DNA from: Saprolegnia diclina VS20
Taxonomy: Eukaryota
Reading direction: 5' to 3'
Assembly: GCF_000281045.1 (NCBI RefSeq)
Contig: NW_008246203.1
Coordinates: 2,805 to 58,998, forward strand
Length of the DNA stretch: 56,194 nucleotides
Shown piece after piece: positions 12,406 to 25,739 of the stretch. Numbering within the stretch: position 1 is the stretch's first letter; each line of letters starts with the position of its first letter. The notes beneath the pieces are model-generated. The model ran no database searches. It saw only the letters and a list, made by a program, of their open reading frames with translations, and was not told the DNA's origin. A program made the position numbers and the translations under genes.

Positions 12406-12885
12406 TTACGACGACTTTTCCATGAGATGGATCGGCTTGAGGATCGAAACCTTGTTGGTCTCGACGATGCAGCCATTCATGATCATTTCGTCCAAGATAA
12501 AGTGGGCCTTCTCGAGGTTGAACATGATCTACGAACATGGGATGAGGACCTGGTGAGGTGGCAGGTGGCGTACATCAAGCTCGCAGACGCTTTCAAAGTA
12601 CTTGTCCATCGTCTCGACGAGGGCATGAATGAATTCGAGCACGCCAAGCTCGTTGTCCGAGTCGTCGTTGTTGACCCCGACGATGAAGAAGAGCGACGCG
12701 TACCGGCGGTAGATGACCTTGTACCCGCGGTATTCGACGAACGAGCACTGGTTCTCGTTGCGGCCCAGGCACTTGCGGATGATCTCGGCCTCCAGCGCAA
12801 CGCGCTCCGCGATCGGGAGGAAGTCGACGTACTGCGCAAGGCGCGTCTGGCCTTGCTTGTTGACCATGAGCACGAACTTGATCAT
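12406..12885 (-). CDS. AP4S1: AP-4 adaptor complex sigma subunit, two exons
   Basis: [19 protein letters not shown]...[25 protein letters not shown]...NEL...[31 protein letters not shown]. Confidence 0.92.
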
Positions 12886-13556
12886 GTTGTCGTCGCCTTT
12901 TCGCAAATGGGGCGGCGACGGCCAAGGGCCGGATAAAACTCTATAATAGCATACTGCAGAAGATCCGAAGATTCGGTCTGAGAGGGACTTTAACCCAACC
13001 GAGTTTTATTATCGAGTCGAACCAGGGCGGAGCGAGACTGCAGCGGCCCGCTGGCAGCTCGCGTGGGGTCGATGGGCGGTCTATTACGAGATATAACGAG
13101 GTATAACGTAAGAAATTATCCTACCATGACGCCGTCATAGATGCTGGAAGTACGCGGACTCTGAATAAAATGCAAGACACCTCGCAGCAGAAATACCTCG
13201 TGAAGCCCTACACACATAAAATGCAACGCGGGAGCCATGTATGGCATTGTTGTGCATGCACAATACAACTCTTCCAAGCGGTCATAGGCGCATGGAAGCG
13301 ATTTGTGTTTACATACAGGCTATTTTCTCTGCTGCTTATCGACGGACGGCTGCCCCAAACCATCGTTGCCTCCCTGCAGCGATAAGACACAGTTTACCGT
13401 ACTACATGTAGTAAAGGTAAAGGGGGTTAAAACGTTAAACGCTGTTGTAATTTAAAACAACCGACGGATGGTTAGATAAAATTGCGTCCAAATTTCAAGC
13501 TCAGCGAAAGCTGCTCAGTTCCGTTTTAGCTGCCCAGCGCACAGTCGCCGCCGCCC

Positions 13557-16500
13557 ATGCGCCAGTCGCTGCGCCAACGAGCCAAGCCCGTGGTTCGGTC
13601 GGAGCAGCTCGGGAAGCTCCTGCGTGCGCGTGATGCAGCTGCCCGCGGAGAGAAGATCCTGAAGGACGATGACGACGATTGGTCACCCGAAGACGGCGAA
13701 GCGTCGGATGACGAAGACGACGCCATAGAGGACAGCGATGACGACATACTGCCCAAGACAAAGCAGCTCGCTCGGCGCAAGCGCCCGATATCATCAGTCC
13801 CAACTGCAACGGCCAACCCGACCGCTTCCAAGCAAGCGGCGCCGCGGGACCCTCGTCAACGACGGGCCCTCAACCCACCGTCGGTGGAAGCCGAGGTCGC
13901 ACGAAAGCTCTTGGAGCTTCAGTCCAAGGTTCTGCCCGTCAAGTCGATCTTGAAGAAGGAGCGGCGACAGATCCAGGTGCTCGACGAGGCGCCCGTACAG
14001 GCTGTCACGGCAGCGCCCGCTCCCGTTGTCGTACACAAGCGGCCGAACCGCAACAAGACCGACCGCGTTGGGGCCATACTTGGTCCCAAGTCGGCCACGT
14101 TTGGCGTCGAGACGAAGTACGCCACTTCGACGCTTGCGCAGTTTTATGATGAAATTCTGGACTGGGACTTTGGCGAGGCCGTGCTGAATGACCAAAAGCC
14201 GCTCTCCGAAGCGCCAGCGACCGAGAACGTCCAGGTACCGAGCAAGTTCGAATCGTACCAGCACTACTTTAGCGTCTGGAAGCCGTTGGCAGTCCAGGAA
14301 GTGCAGGCGCAGGCTCTCAACGGCCTCTCGTCGGATCTCCCACCGGCGCTGCCGATCGTGTGCACGCCCCACGCCAGTATTGGATCGACCACGGTCAAAG
14401 TCGCGGCATCCTTCAACAAAGCTTACTCGGGCCACGACAAGCGGAAGCGCCAGCACGATGTTGCCGACATTCGGAAAGACGATCTCATCGTCGTCTCGGA
14501 AGACCCAAAGTTTCTCGCTTCGCGCGTACACGGCAAGGACGGGTCGGGGCTGCTCGGGGTTCTAGGCGTCGTCGAGTCTCAGCAAGCCTCCCGGTACCGC
14601 CGCTCTATCTTTCTCGAGACGTTTTCTGACACATGACATAGAGAAGGCCTCGTATTCGTCTCGACCTCGGCGCGCTGGCGCAGGCTGCATTGGGACGCCT
14701 CCAAGACACTGTACCTTTTCAAAGTGAACAGCCTTGTGACGAGCTTGCGTGAGTTCCGCGCGCTGTGCGAGTGTCGTGACTACAAGCTAATGCAGCTGCT
14801 TTTGTCGGGGGAGTCCGTCCCGAGCTCGATGCGCCTGGACACGCTCGGCCTTGGCTACGTGCAGTGGCTACGTAACACTTTCAACGAATCCCAGCAAGAG
14901 GCGATCACGGCCGCGGCAACGTCTCAAGGCTTTACGCTCATCAAGGGCCCGCCAGGAACGGGCAAGACGACGACACTCAAGGGTCTCCTAAACTCGTTAC
15001 ATCTGCGCGAGTACAACCGGTATTACAACGCAGTACTCGACGTCGCGCGCCGTCCCGACAAGGACACGTACGCAGCTTGGAAGCGCATTGGCAGCGAAAA
15101 GCCCCATATTCTCGTACGATCCCTGATTTCGTTTGCGATATGTATGACAATTTTTGTAGGTGGCAGCACCGTCCAACATTGCAGTTGACAACATCGTGGG
15201 CAAGATCATCGAAGAAGGCTTCTGCGATGGCGAGGGTCGACGCTACTTCCCGCAGATCGTCCGCGTTGGCCGAGGCGTGGTGTGTTTTTCGATACACCGT
15301 TTATATGGAACCTCATCATATGCTCTATTATAGACTGCGAATGTCAAGAGCGTGTCTTTAGAAGGGATGGTTGAATCCATCTCGTCGCAGCCGCTCGAAA
15401 TAGTCGAGATGCGTGTTGGCCAGCTCACGCACGAACTTCGCATTGTACGCCACCAGGATTTGAAGTGTACATTCTAAATTTTGGTTTTAGGTGGAAGCTG
15501 ACGCGGCTGTGTTGCGACAAGAGCTGCGCAACGTCATTGCATGGATCCATGGTATCGTTGAAACGAACCTCCGCGGCGTGCCCGAGTCGCCGCCTCCGCC
15601 ACCGCCCATGACCCCACCTCCACCTTCGCCCCAGGCAGTTGAGATGCCTGGGACACCGCCGCCACCGCCACCGACGGAGGAATACGGCCCATCTCCAGTT
15701 GTTTCACCACCGCGCCCGGTGTCCGACATGCATGGGGGACCCCCACCCACGTCCCCACCGCGCCCACTGCAACTGGACGGTCCACCACCAATTTTTGAGC
15801 ATGCTGTTTCGTTTACGACGCTGGAGGACGAAGGAACGGCGGGGACCAAGGCGGCTTTTGTGACGTACAACTCGGATGACGACGACGACGCAGTGCCTTT
15901 TTCAGCCGATGACGCGCCAACATATATGCTTTCGGAAGACGAAGAGGACGAGCCGCTGCCGGTAGCGGTGACAGCGTGTTCCACGGTCATTGACGATGAT
16001 GAAGTCGACGAGCCGCTACCGCAAGTGGCTGCCGAGTGCATCCTAGAAGCTACGGATGTCGATATGACCAAAGACGATGAAGATGAAGTCGACGAGCCGC
16101 TTCCTGTGCTACCACCGACGCCGCCACGAGGACCTTCGCCCCCCGCAGAGTGCGCACCACCGCCACCGACGATGCCCGACGTCCCGCTCGTCATTGACTA
16201 CAACAGCTACAAGCCGTACAAGGACATTGCGCAGCGCATCAACTTGTGCCTCGAACGCGCCAATACGGTAATCCTTGCGCTTGTGATTCGTTCTCATTCT
16301 CCATAGATTCGGCTCGAGTGGCAGCGCTACAGCATCGTGCGCCAGGCTCTACAGAACAACAAGCGTGTTCCCAAGGAGACGCAAGAACAGCTTGAAAGCT
16401 CGTTTCTCGAGTCGGCGCATATTGTGTTTACGACGCTCAGCTCCGCCGGGCACCGCGCCCTCGACGACTCGAACCGCTACGACATTCTCGTCATCGACGA

Positions 16501-17503
16501 AGCAGCACAAGCTGTTGAGCTCTCCACTATTATTCCGATGCGGTACCAATTTTCCTTTCAATTCAGAAGACATTCACGTTTGTGTGTATCCTTAGATTTG
16601 GCAGCAAGCAATGTGTGCTGGTCGGCGATCCACAGCAGCTGTCGGCGACCGTCTTTTCGCGCACAAGCGCACAGTCTCTCTACGAGCGGTCGCTCTTCGA
16701 GCGCCTCGAGAGTTGTGGGCACCCGGTGCACATGCTCCGCACACAGTACCGTAGTCACCCAACGATCTCGGCGTTTCCGCGGGCGTACTTTTACGGTGGC
16801 CTCCTCCAGGATGGCGACAACGTCAAGACACCCGCGTACATCAAACCGTACCACTCGCTCGCACCGGCGTTTTTGCCACTTGTGTTTTGGAACATTGTGA
16901 GCAGCCGCGAGTCAGCGGGCCCGTCGTCGCGCTCCAACCAGATGGAAATCGAGCTTGCGGTCAACTTGTATCTCACGCTCCGGAACGCGTGCCCGCCGGA
17001 CGCGATCCGTGGCAAGGTCGGCGTCATTACACCCTACGCGTTCCAAATGGAAGAACTCAAGAAGGCCTTTGCTCGCGTGTGTGGTGGTGACTATGCGCAC
17101 GATGTCGAAATCAACACGGTCGACGGGTACCAAGGCCGTGAGAAGGACATTATCATTCGTACGAACCTTTTGATACGAAATATTGACACTTACCAAGCGA
17201 TACTATGTAGTGTCGACGGTGCGCGCGGACCCTCGAAAAGGCGTTGGGTTCCTCAGCGACATTCGGCGCATGAACGTCGCGCTGACGCGCGCCAAGTTTG
17301 CGTGCTACGTCATCGGAAGTGAAGCGACGCTCAAGTCGTCCAAGCCCTGGCGGGCGTTGCTCGACCACACGAGAAGTGCTCAGTGCATGGTGCACGTGAC
17401 CAACCCACAGGAAAATTTGTTGCAACTACGCCCTGGTGGCGATCCGCCCCGGCGACCCGTGAACTTTGGCGGCCGCGGACGTGGTCGGTTCCAGCACGCC
17501 TAG
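13557..17503 (+). CDS. Sen1/senataxin-like SF1 (Upf1-family) RNA/DNA helicase, multi-exon
   Basis: FNESQQEAI, LIKGPPGTGKT, APSNIAVDNI, IDEAAQ, LVGDPQQL, SLFERL, QYRSHP, VGVITPY, NTVDGYQGREKD and GFLSDIRRMNVALTRAK. Confidence 0.92.
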
Positions 17504-17638
17504 ATAGACGCGTAGCATAGAGACTCCTCCCTGGATATATAAAATTCAAATTGAGAGTGTGTTTGAAGCAAAACCACACTTTACGGACATTCCACGCAAG
17601 TGCGATTCGTGTTGGCACCAACGGCCGAAACGAACGCG

Positions 17639-20605
17639 ATGACGAAGCGACTCTTCCTGGACACGGTGCGCCACATCTTGCGCGAGCTCTTCGAGCCGCT
17701 GGACGAAGCGTCCGTCGACGTCTCGGTGCTTGGTGATCTATTTGACGAGAGCCATTTGCGCTTCGAGAACCTCTTTGTGAAGCTCGACGTCTTCAACACT
17801 CTTCCATGGCCGTTCAAGGTCCAAACGGCGTACATTGGCCAGGTGCACGTCCAGGTATTCATTCTCGCAACGATATTGGTTGTGCGTAATGGTGTCCAGG
17901 GCATGCTGGGGGCCGTGGCGGGTGCTCCCATGACACTTCGGGTGCGCGACGTGCACATTGTCTTGAGCGCCAAAGATGTCGACTGGGCGGACGTCGACGG
18001 CCTTCGCGTGGCCAATGAGCTCTACGTGGCGCTCATGCATCGCCTCTGGAACCGCCACCACATGGAGGTATGAGTTCACAGTACCGCGATGTGCTGTCAT
18101 GGACGTACACACGTAGGGTAGCGGCGCCAAGAAAACCGAGTCGGTCAAAATGTGGCTCAAGGTTGACACCGCTTATTCGAGTGTGCATGTCAGTCATCGC
18201 GAATCTAGCGCCGTATCTACGCGACGCTCGACCACATGACTATCAAGGTCGAGAACATTCACATGCGAATCGAGGTTGGGATATTCCGACAGCGCATAAA
18301 AACACTATTGCGGTACAGGTGCCGTCGCCGCCGCCAACCCTCGAGACGCACGTTTTAGGACTCCTCATTCCCGTACGCACTCGACCTCAAACCTGAGTTT
18401 ATCGCAAGCTAGACGTTTTCGGTGACGTCGTGTGAGTCCGACTGTCACATCTTACACCGGCGCGACGTGCCCCCCGCGCTCCATCCGACAACACCCGTCG
18501 TCTCTAAAGTCCTCATGCTGGACCGCATCACGCTGTACTCAGCCGTTAGCGCGACGGTCCCCGGGAGCTTGTCGTCGGCCCAATGGCGGGACCAGTTTGC
18601 GTATGTGTGGCCCGCTGAGGCGCGTGAACCCCTCCTGCAGCCTGTTCGCGTCCAGATAAAGGTAGACTGGGCCCAATGCACTGACGGCACAGCCAAGTAC
18701 AAGATACGTGCCGTCGACATTGCAGTTAGTCATCTTGACGCGACGCTGAAGCCGGTGCAGGTAGATATCACGCGGTGATCGAAAATTTGACACACTTGCT
18801 CTTAGGTCGCACTGCTTTTGCAGCTATGTTCGCACGTGGACACGTTCCAGCGATACGTGCGGTACCAGCGCCTCAAGCCGTACGGCGCCGATCGACGCCC
18901 GCCACTGTTGTCGCTACCGGCGTTTGTGTTTTTGCCGCACTGGACCCCGCCGGCCGCACGCGACAACAAGGCACGCCACAAACTATCAGCGCGAGCGCGC
19001 TGGCAGTTCGCCTTGCGCTGCGTGCTTGCCGACTTGTACCCCCGCCGTGACGCACTCTGGCTGAGTCCGGTCATTCTCATGTATACGGATCTGTATAAGC
19101 GCCAGGCGTCGCCGGCTTACGTCGCGCACATCACCAAGAGTTTGGTAGAAGACGGCAAAGCGAACACGCTTCCCAAGGTTGACATATTCTTCAAGTCAGC
19201 ACTAGGTGGCAAGTCATCTATGTGTAGTATGAGCCCTTGTCGCCGCACGAGGCCGATATGCTCTCCGACTACGTCTACAAGGTGCGCCAGAAACTCCACA
19301 ACGTATGCACAAAGCAGTTTAATTACGCTCTTTAGATTGCGTTGGACCACCAATTGCTGTGCCGAGCCGTGTGCGATCGAGTCATCCGACAAGACTTTTC
19401 CCGCTTGAACGATGCGCCGCATGCACCACTTCTCAAGGTATAGTTTAAAAATACCGACACATGCAGGTAGATGGACCTTCCAACACAGCGCCGGAGCCTC
19501 CTTCGCCTCGGCAGTGCGCAGGATCTCACGAGTGCGCGTGGGTGGAAGTCGCTCTCAAATGTCGAAGATTTTCTCTTTGGCCAAGCTGCGCTCGGCGTGC
19601 ACGTGCCCCGAATCAAGGCGCGCGATGAGCCACCGCATCCCGTGCCGGCCTTCTTTCGCGTACCCCGGCCCATGCTGCACTTTGCGGTCGCCTCCATGAG
19701 AGTGAGCATCCAAGACGAGACGCAATCAGACGTGTGGGTCGCAACGGCAGGCTCCATTGCCGCCGTGAGCATTGTCGCAGCTGAGTATGTCCTCCTCGAG
19801 CTTCGGCTTGGCAAGTTCGGCCTCTCCATTTCGCCGAGCCGGGGCACCCTCCCCGTACGCAATGCTCCATATATCATGGTGCTATGCAGTGTTGCTAGTT
19901 GCCCGTCGCAAGCATTGCGTACATCCACGACGAAGCCGATGGCTCCATCTACATTGGTGTGCGTTACGACCCATGCTCGGTGTGTCCTTGACGCTCGTGT
20001 GTGGCACTGAAGTTTCTACTCGAGTAGATGACAGCCTTGGCGACCAAATACGCGTGGAAGGTCAAGTGCATGCTGGGGAAAGTCAAGGCATTTCTTTCAA
20101 CGAGCGACATGGATCGAATGCGCGCGTCGGTCATGCAGCGTAGGTCGTTTCCATAGGGAGCTGCTCGCCAATTGGTTGCTTTTTAGCCCAGGGCTCGATG
20201 ATGTCCTTGCTTCGGCGTGAGTTCAAGCATTCGTTCAAGCGCCCCTCGTGTTTGGGGAAGAAGCTGCCGACAGCTCCAGCAACGTCCATGAAGGATCGCG
20301 TGAAACAGGGCCTTGAGGCGCTTTTGCAGGCAACGACGCTGGTCGAGGTTGCCGTCGGTGGGCTTGATGCGACCATGAGCTTGACGGCGCTTGCTTGGCT
20401 ACAAGTTTCCGATGATATGTCTGTGCCGGATGGGGAGGTGAAGGAGCGTGCGCATGTGTTTGTGCCGCCTCACGCGCTCTCGCTTTCAAACGACATGGAC
20501 ACCAACGAGTGCGTCGTGGATGTTCTGCACCATCGTGCGACGTTTTCGGGCTCGCCATCCGGCCACCGCGCCGCAATTGCGTACCTCTTGCGCTCCATTC
20601 GTTAA
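17639..20605 (+). CDS. Chorein-N/VPS13-like lipid-transfer family protein (short), multi-exon
   Basis: N-terminus MTKRLFLDTVRHILRELFEPLD...LRFENLFVKLDVFNTLPWPFKVQTAYIGQVHV is Chorein-N-like. Later segments TIKVENIHMRIE and ARARWQFALRCVL are VPS13-like. Confidence 0.7.
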
Positions 20606-22491
20606 TTCATACGATAGTACATATTACCGCCATTCTTGGCCACTGGTCGACCATCGTTTGTGTTCACATTGCAAGAGGATGCGTGAGCTAAGCGCAACCC
20701 ACACATCGCAAGCATGTAATTCACTCTTGTGTCTTGAGAAGAAAAAGTCGCGTTGCACGCCATGTCATTTGTCGCCAAGTTACGCGGCAGCGAGCTACGC
20801 TGCGGTCGTGCCGTCCGAACACCCGTGAGCTTGGCAAGAGATGGCCAAGAGTCCATAAATTTGTGTACTCTTGGAGAAGGCTCATCGATGGCACTTCATA
20901 GGCGCGTTGATCGTTGTCGCCTGTTGTCTCGACGAGAATTCTTTACTCTGATCTGGGCAAATATACATGTAGAGGATGTTTGTTCTGCACTGGTGTTTCG
21001 GCAGGCTCAAGCCCGACACTGCAGACTGCTATCCAGACATGTACCAAGAGGGGAGCCAAAGCCCGACCGGTATATTCTTGATGAATGCTTACACCACATT
21101 TTCACCCAACACGACAACTCTTGTCGACCACATTATACGATGCATGCATCAAGCGACCTTCGTTTTAATACCGGTAAGTTTGGCCCCGCAACTAGATTTG
21201 TCCAAGTAGTCGGTCAAGAACTGGTGGTCGTGCAACGTTGCGTCGAAGCATGTTTGCATGAATCTCGGCAGCTGGAAGCGCTGCAGCGCACTGGGCAACG
21301 AACCGCTCAATGTCGTCTAGCGACTGCACCGGCATTGCAACCGGTGACGACTGGGTAAGGTTGGGCGCCGACTCAGCGCGTTGGTTCATGCCACGAAGGC
21401 TCTGTATATGAAGTGGGCCAAGATACGGACTTCGCGCAATCGGCTCAGACCATCGAAATTTTGGCGCGAACGCCGGCGCGAGAAGGCTCAGGTCGGAGAC
21501 GACCACCTGCGACGACTCAAGCTTTCGAGCCTTGTCGGGGCTACGCTCGCGTCGGTGTAGACCCGTACCAGCTACATGGACGTGTTGCTCAGTCACATTG
21601 GGTCGGCGTACCAACAGCGACGGCGACAGAGAAGGATGACGGTGCTGAAGGAGACGACGTGCGATGCGAGGATAGCGTCGGTAAAGATGCCTTATGCTCA
21701 TTGCGTCGATTTGTGCGGGTTTGGCGTCGCTGCGATATCTTCTCCTGGGCTATTTCTGCTGCAACGCGGAGACCCTGGACCTGGCGCAGTGTTGTCGTCA
21801 AGCACGTGACGTAGTCGGGAAGCTTCTCGGTTTCGACGATCTACCTCCAATGTTGGGATACAAACAACGAGTATCATCGAGTACCATGTGTGCAAGAAGG
21901 AAGATGAGCCGTTGAAAGTCATACATGGAGAGCGGCGAAAGCTTTCCACTCCATTGGATCCACGGTCGGTGCATGAGCGTTCGCACCGCGCTCTTGTGCA
22001 AATTGGGCTTCTTGCACCGAATAAGCACCGTTGCAAGCGACTCGTAGAGGCTGCTGAGCTACACGCACCGTGGACATGTCGGCGACAATGCTATTGTGCG
22101 ATGCAGTACCTTGACAACAGATATAGTTGGGCTGCCGTGGGCAGCATATGTCCACCTACAGAGGTTTGTTTCGCCGCAACTTCGTTTCGATAGTGACGCA
22201 CCACTCGAGGAGACAGCGCTCGATGGACGGCATGCGCATAAGGAACTCGATTTGGAGCTCCGACTCCGCAACAAACTGAATAAGCTCGTTCGGGTCCGTT
22301 GACCGCGCAGCAGAGCTCTTGACGAATGGTGAGTTGGAGTCGTGGACGGTTGGCGGTTTGGCAGCCTCCTGATCTTTCCACCACGAGTCCAGCAGTCGCA
22401 CGGTTGACACAAAGTGGGCCATTGAGTCGCGCACTGGGACACCCTCGGGTTTGGCAAACCGGCGCCGAACCGGCTTCGCCACCTCTGTCAT
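20602..22491 (-). CDS. Hypothetical protein, many short exons (3' end uncertain)
   Basis: The first exon MTEVAKPVRRRFAKPEG... is followed by short open segments bounded by plausible GT/AG sites and fills the gap between neighbouring genes. No family recognised. Confidence 0.45.
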
Positions 22492-22653
22492 GCCGGTACA
22501 CGTGCTTTATGAATATATAAATAGCACGTCGCAGAGGATCATGGATACGACTTGACGCAAACGTACGACGATGCGTTCCAGTCGAGCACAGACCAGCAGC
22601 CAACTCCCTTCGAAAATGCGCGTGCGCCAAGCTCGACCGTGTCCGATTGTGAT

Positions 22654-22701
22654 TCGACTATAGTATCGACTAAATTTTCGACTAAATTTTCGACTAAATG
22701 T
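22654..22701. repeat. 12-bp tandem repeat (TCGACTAAATTT) x4, imperfect
   Basis: Units at 22654, 22666, 22678 and 22690 in the divergent intergenic region. Confidence 0.85.
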
Positions 22702-22835
22702 TGGGCAACTTCAACTGAGGCAGTCGATAATAAAATCCACCATTGCACTCTGAACTTGTTTTCTGTATTCTAAATAAAACAGTCATATTATCACGCTTGG
22801 CAGAAGATTGCTGAGGTTTCGGAATCAGGACCAGC

Positions 22836-25432
22836 ATGAGCAGCTTTGTGACGAGCATGCTCGCGACGGCCGCGACCGCCTCCGCAGCCGACGAGAAAGC
22901 GCGCCGGCTCTTCACGCCCCACATGTTAGCGTCACTGACAAGCATCACGCAGCGCAAGCCGGCGTCACCGGCGCGGGAGGCCAGTGGCTGGGACTTTGAG
23001 CACAAGATGGCAGCGCTCTTGGACCTCCAGGACGCACTCGAGGCTGCGACGTTTAACTACAAGGACTTTGGCGACTTACCTCCTATCTCGCGCAAGCCAC
23101 TCGCTCTCTTGACGCTCGTGCAAGGCCAAGATGCCCTCCTCGACCTCTGGGCTTTCTTTTTAGAGATGTGCGACGTCGTGCCAGCGCGGACTGGTGCGCG
23201 CGGCCTGCTCCTACGTCTTGCAGGCTGCATGTGTCGGCGACTCGAGTTTACTGAGCTCGTGTCACTACACGGCGTCACGCTTGAGATGGAGCCCTCCGGT
23301 AAGTCGATCTCAGAAGGCCTAATTCGAGCGCAAAAATCTCTCTCGTAGTGAAGACGCGCATCCAAGGCTTGCTGCTCACGAGCCTCCAGTACTGCGGGAA
23401 CAAGCTAGAAAAAAGCCGCATCTTGACGCAGGACCATGCGTACTTTGCCTCCCACGTGTACACGGCGGCGATTTACCGATTCCCCGTTCACGTCGGTCAG
23501 CCCATCCTGCGCGCCATTGCAACGTACGCCACGGAGTTGGCGACGCTGCCCGCTCCAGGATTTAAGAAGACGCCGTCCAAGGGTGCCACAACGTCAACAA
23601 ATCTCGACGCAACGGTATGGTTCTGCGCTGTTGTCGGTACGATTCTGTACTTGTGCGGTGTCGGCATTGCTGAATCCTTGTAGACTCAACTGCGCCTACC
23701 GAGAAGGCTAGCGAGCAAAACGATCATTGTCGTGCAGATGGCTTTGATCGAGAGACGTCTGCTGACGCAGCCATTGCCGCCTACGACATGTACATACTGC
23801 GTTGTCCGCGCCGCGAGTATGAGTCACACCGCATGCTATCGACCGTGCGCGAGACCCTTGACAACGCCCTCGCAGCGGTACTGTACAAGGCTTCCGTCAT
23901 TGTGTCTTTAGAACACCTTGTATGCGTTAGACGACGGATGATGGTCATGCATTCATTCACGCCTGTCCGCAGCTGCACACGGCCGTTGCCGCTGAAGCTG
24001 CGCTCTGGACCGACCGACCGCTTGATGCCGCCGTGATCTCGGCCGCGACAACACCGTTCCTGGACCGTCTCGCGACGCCGACACGCGATTCGATTCTTTG
24101 TGCAGCGTTCCTCTCGACCTTTATCGAAGACTCGGTTGTTTGGAGCTCGGTCTTGGCGCCATCAATCGCCTGGCGCTGCCTGCCAGGCTACGACATCATC
24201 ATCCATGCGTTTGTCCAAGTGTTTCGCAAGGTAGCAGGGCGCCGGAAGAAGGCGTCAACGGCGCTCTTTCCTCCGCCACCACAGCCCGCGTCCCCCTATC
24301 GCAGTACTTTAGCGTCAAATGCAACCAAGTCGGATCCATGGGCTCCGTACTGGGCTCCAAACGAGCTCGAGCCCATATACGACGGGCTCGGCGATATTCT
24401 CGGCAACGACGCCCTCCTCAACGTCTTCGTGCAGGTACAATATACCTTCGTCTCTTTCTGTGATGTGCCGACGTTGTGCTAGATTGTACTGGAGGGTATC
24501 AACCTCTACGACCCACAAAGCGTCGATTATGGCTTCAACTTGCTCCAACGCGTGCTGGAGGCATCCGCATACAATCACCGGGCGTCCAGCGCAGACGACC
24601 GAGGCCAGCTTCCCGAGTCGCTGGACATCGTCGTATATTTGGGCGCGCTCCGGTCAGCGCTCGCGTCGAGCCATTTCCAGATCCTGCTCAAGGTGCTTGC
24701 CTTCTTTTACGCTACTATCGGTAATTCGCGCCCATCCCCAGCATTAATTTCCATGTCGAGTCACCATGGATGCTGGTCTTAGATCTCTTTGATTCGACCC
24801 GTCGGCGCCGTGTCGTCTCGGAGCTGCTCCTTCACGACCACTTTTTCCAGCTCTTCCTCCACTGGAACGAAGAAGTCCGGCGCATGTACGCACACGTGCT
24901 CGTATACAAGCTCTTTACGTCGCACCGCTTTGACCTTCCGCTCGTCTCGGATCGCGTGTTGTTAGCACCAAGCCCTTTCTTCCGTCTCTACAATGCACCG
25001 ACACCGACGTTCCTTGCGGGTTTAGCGCATCTTCTGGGGCCACAGAAGTTGCAGACGACGACATTCATCCGCCCACCCGATCACGGTGCTGCTCTGGAGC
25101 GTCTGCTTGTGTGGGACACGTCGGCGACGCTGCGCCAGGCCACGAAGCAAGACCAACTCTTTCGCGACAGTCTCGCTGACGACGCACTCATGCTCGACTT
25201 GTCGATCGCAAGCAAGCTCGACGCGCTTCTCAAGATGGTCGCGGAGCAGGTCGGGGGTGTTGGTTTCGGTTACTACCCAGCACCACTCATGAGCTACGCG
25301 AAGAAAGCTGTGAGCCAGTACGTCGGGCTCCTCTGGGGCTACTATCAATCAGCCTTTGAGGACCCGATCCATCGCTGCCCGAACGCGCCGGACCTCGAGT
25401 TTACGGTGCAAAACTTTTTTGGCGCTGATTAG
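22836..25432 (+). CDS. DUF1765-like domain protein, multi-exon
   Basis: Helical protein with HFQILLKVLAFFY and FFQLFLHWNEEVRRMYAHVLVYKL, typical of DUF1765 proteins. GT-AG introns are present. Confidence 0.7.
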
Positions 25433-25739
25433 GACTCTAGTTCCGCTCTATTCCTCACTAAGCGAAAATATACTCAATTGATAGTGTGTCCAACGCCCGT
25501 CTGTTCCCGAAGGACGTCATGTACAGGACAGTGCCCTTGCTTAGAAGTCATATTTACGACGCTTGGAGCACATTGGCATCAAGATACGTTCGAGGAGATA
25601 TTCTTCGATGATTGTGGTGATTGCTGGCCACGATGCAATAGCTTCGGATCGAACAATTGGAGACCTTCTGAAGTTCCAGCCCTACCCCGTATCTCGTATC
25701 CCGGCGGCCTCAACACAGTTGGAGTTTGCAATCGTCGGG

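Noticed and set aside
12370..12936. 188-aa plus-strand ORF
   Set aside because: Antisense shadow of AP4S1, arising from its codon bias.
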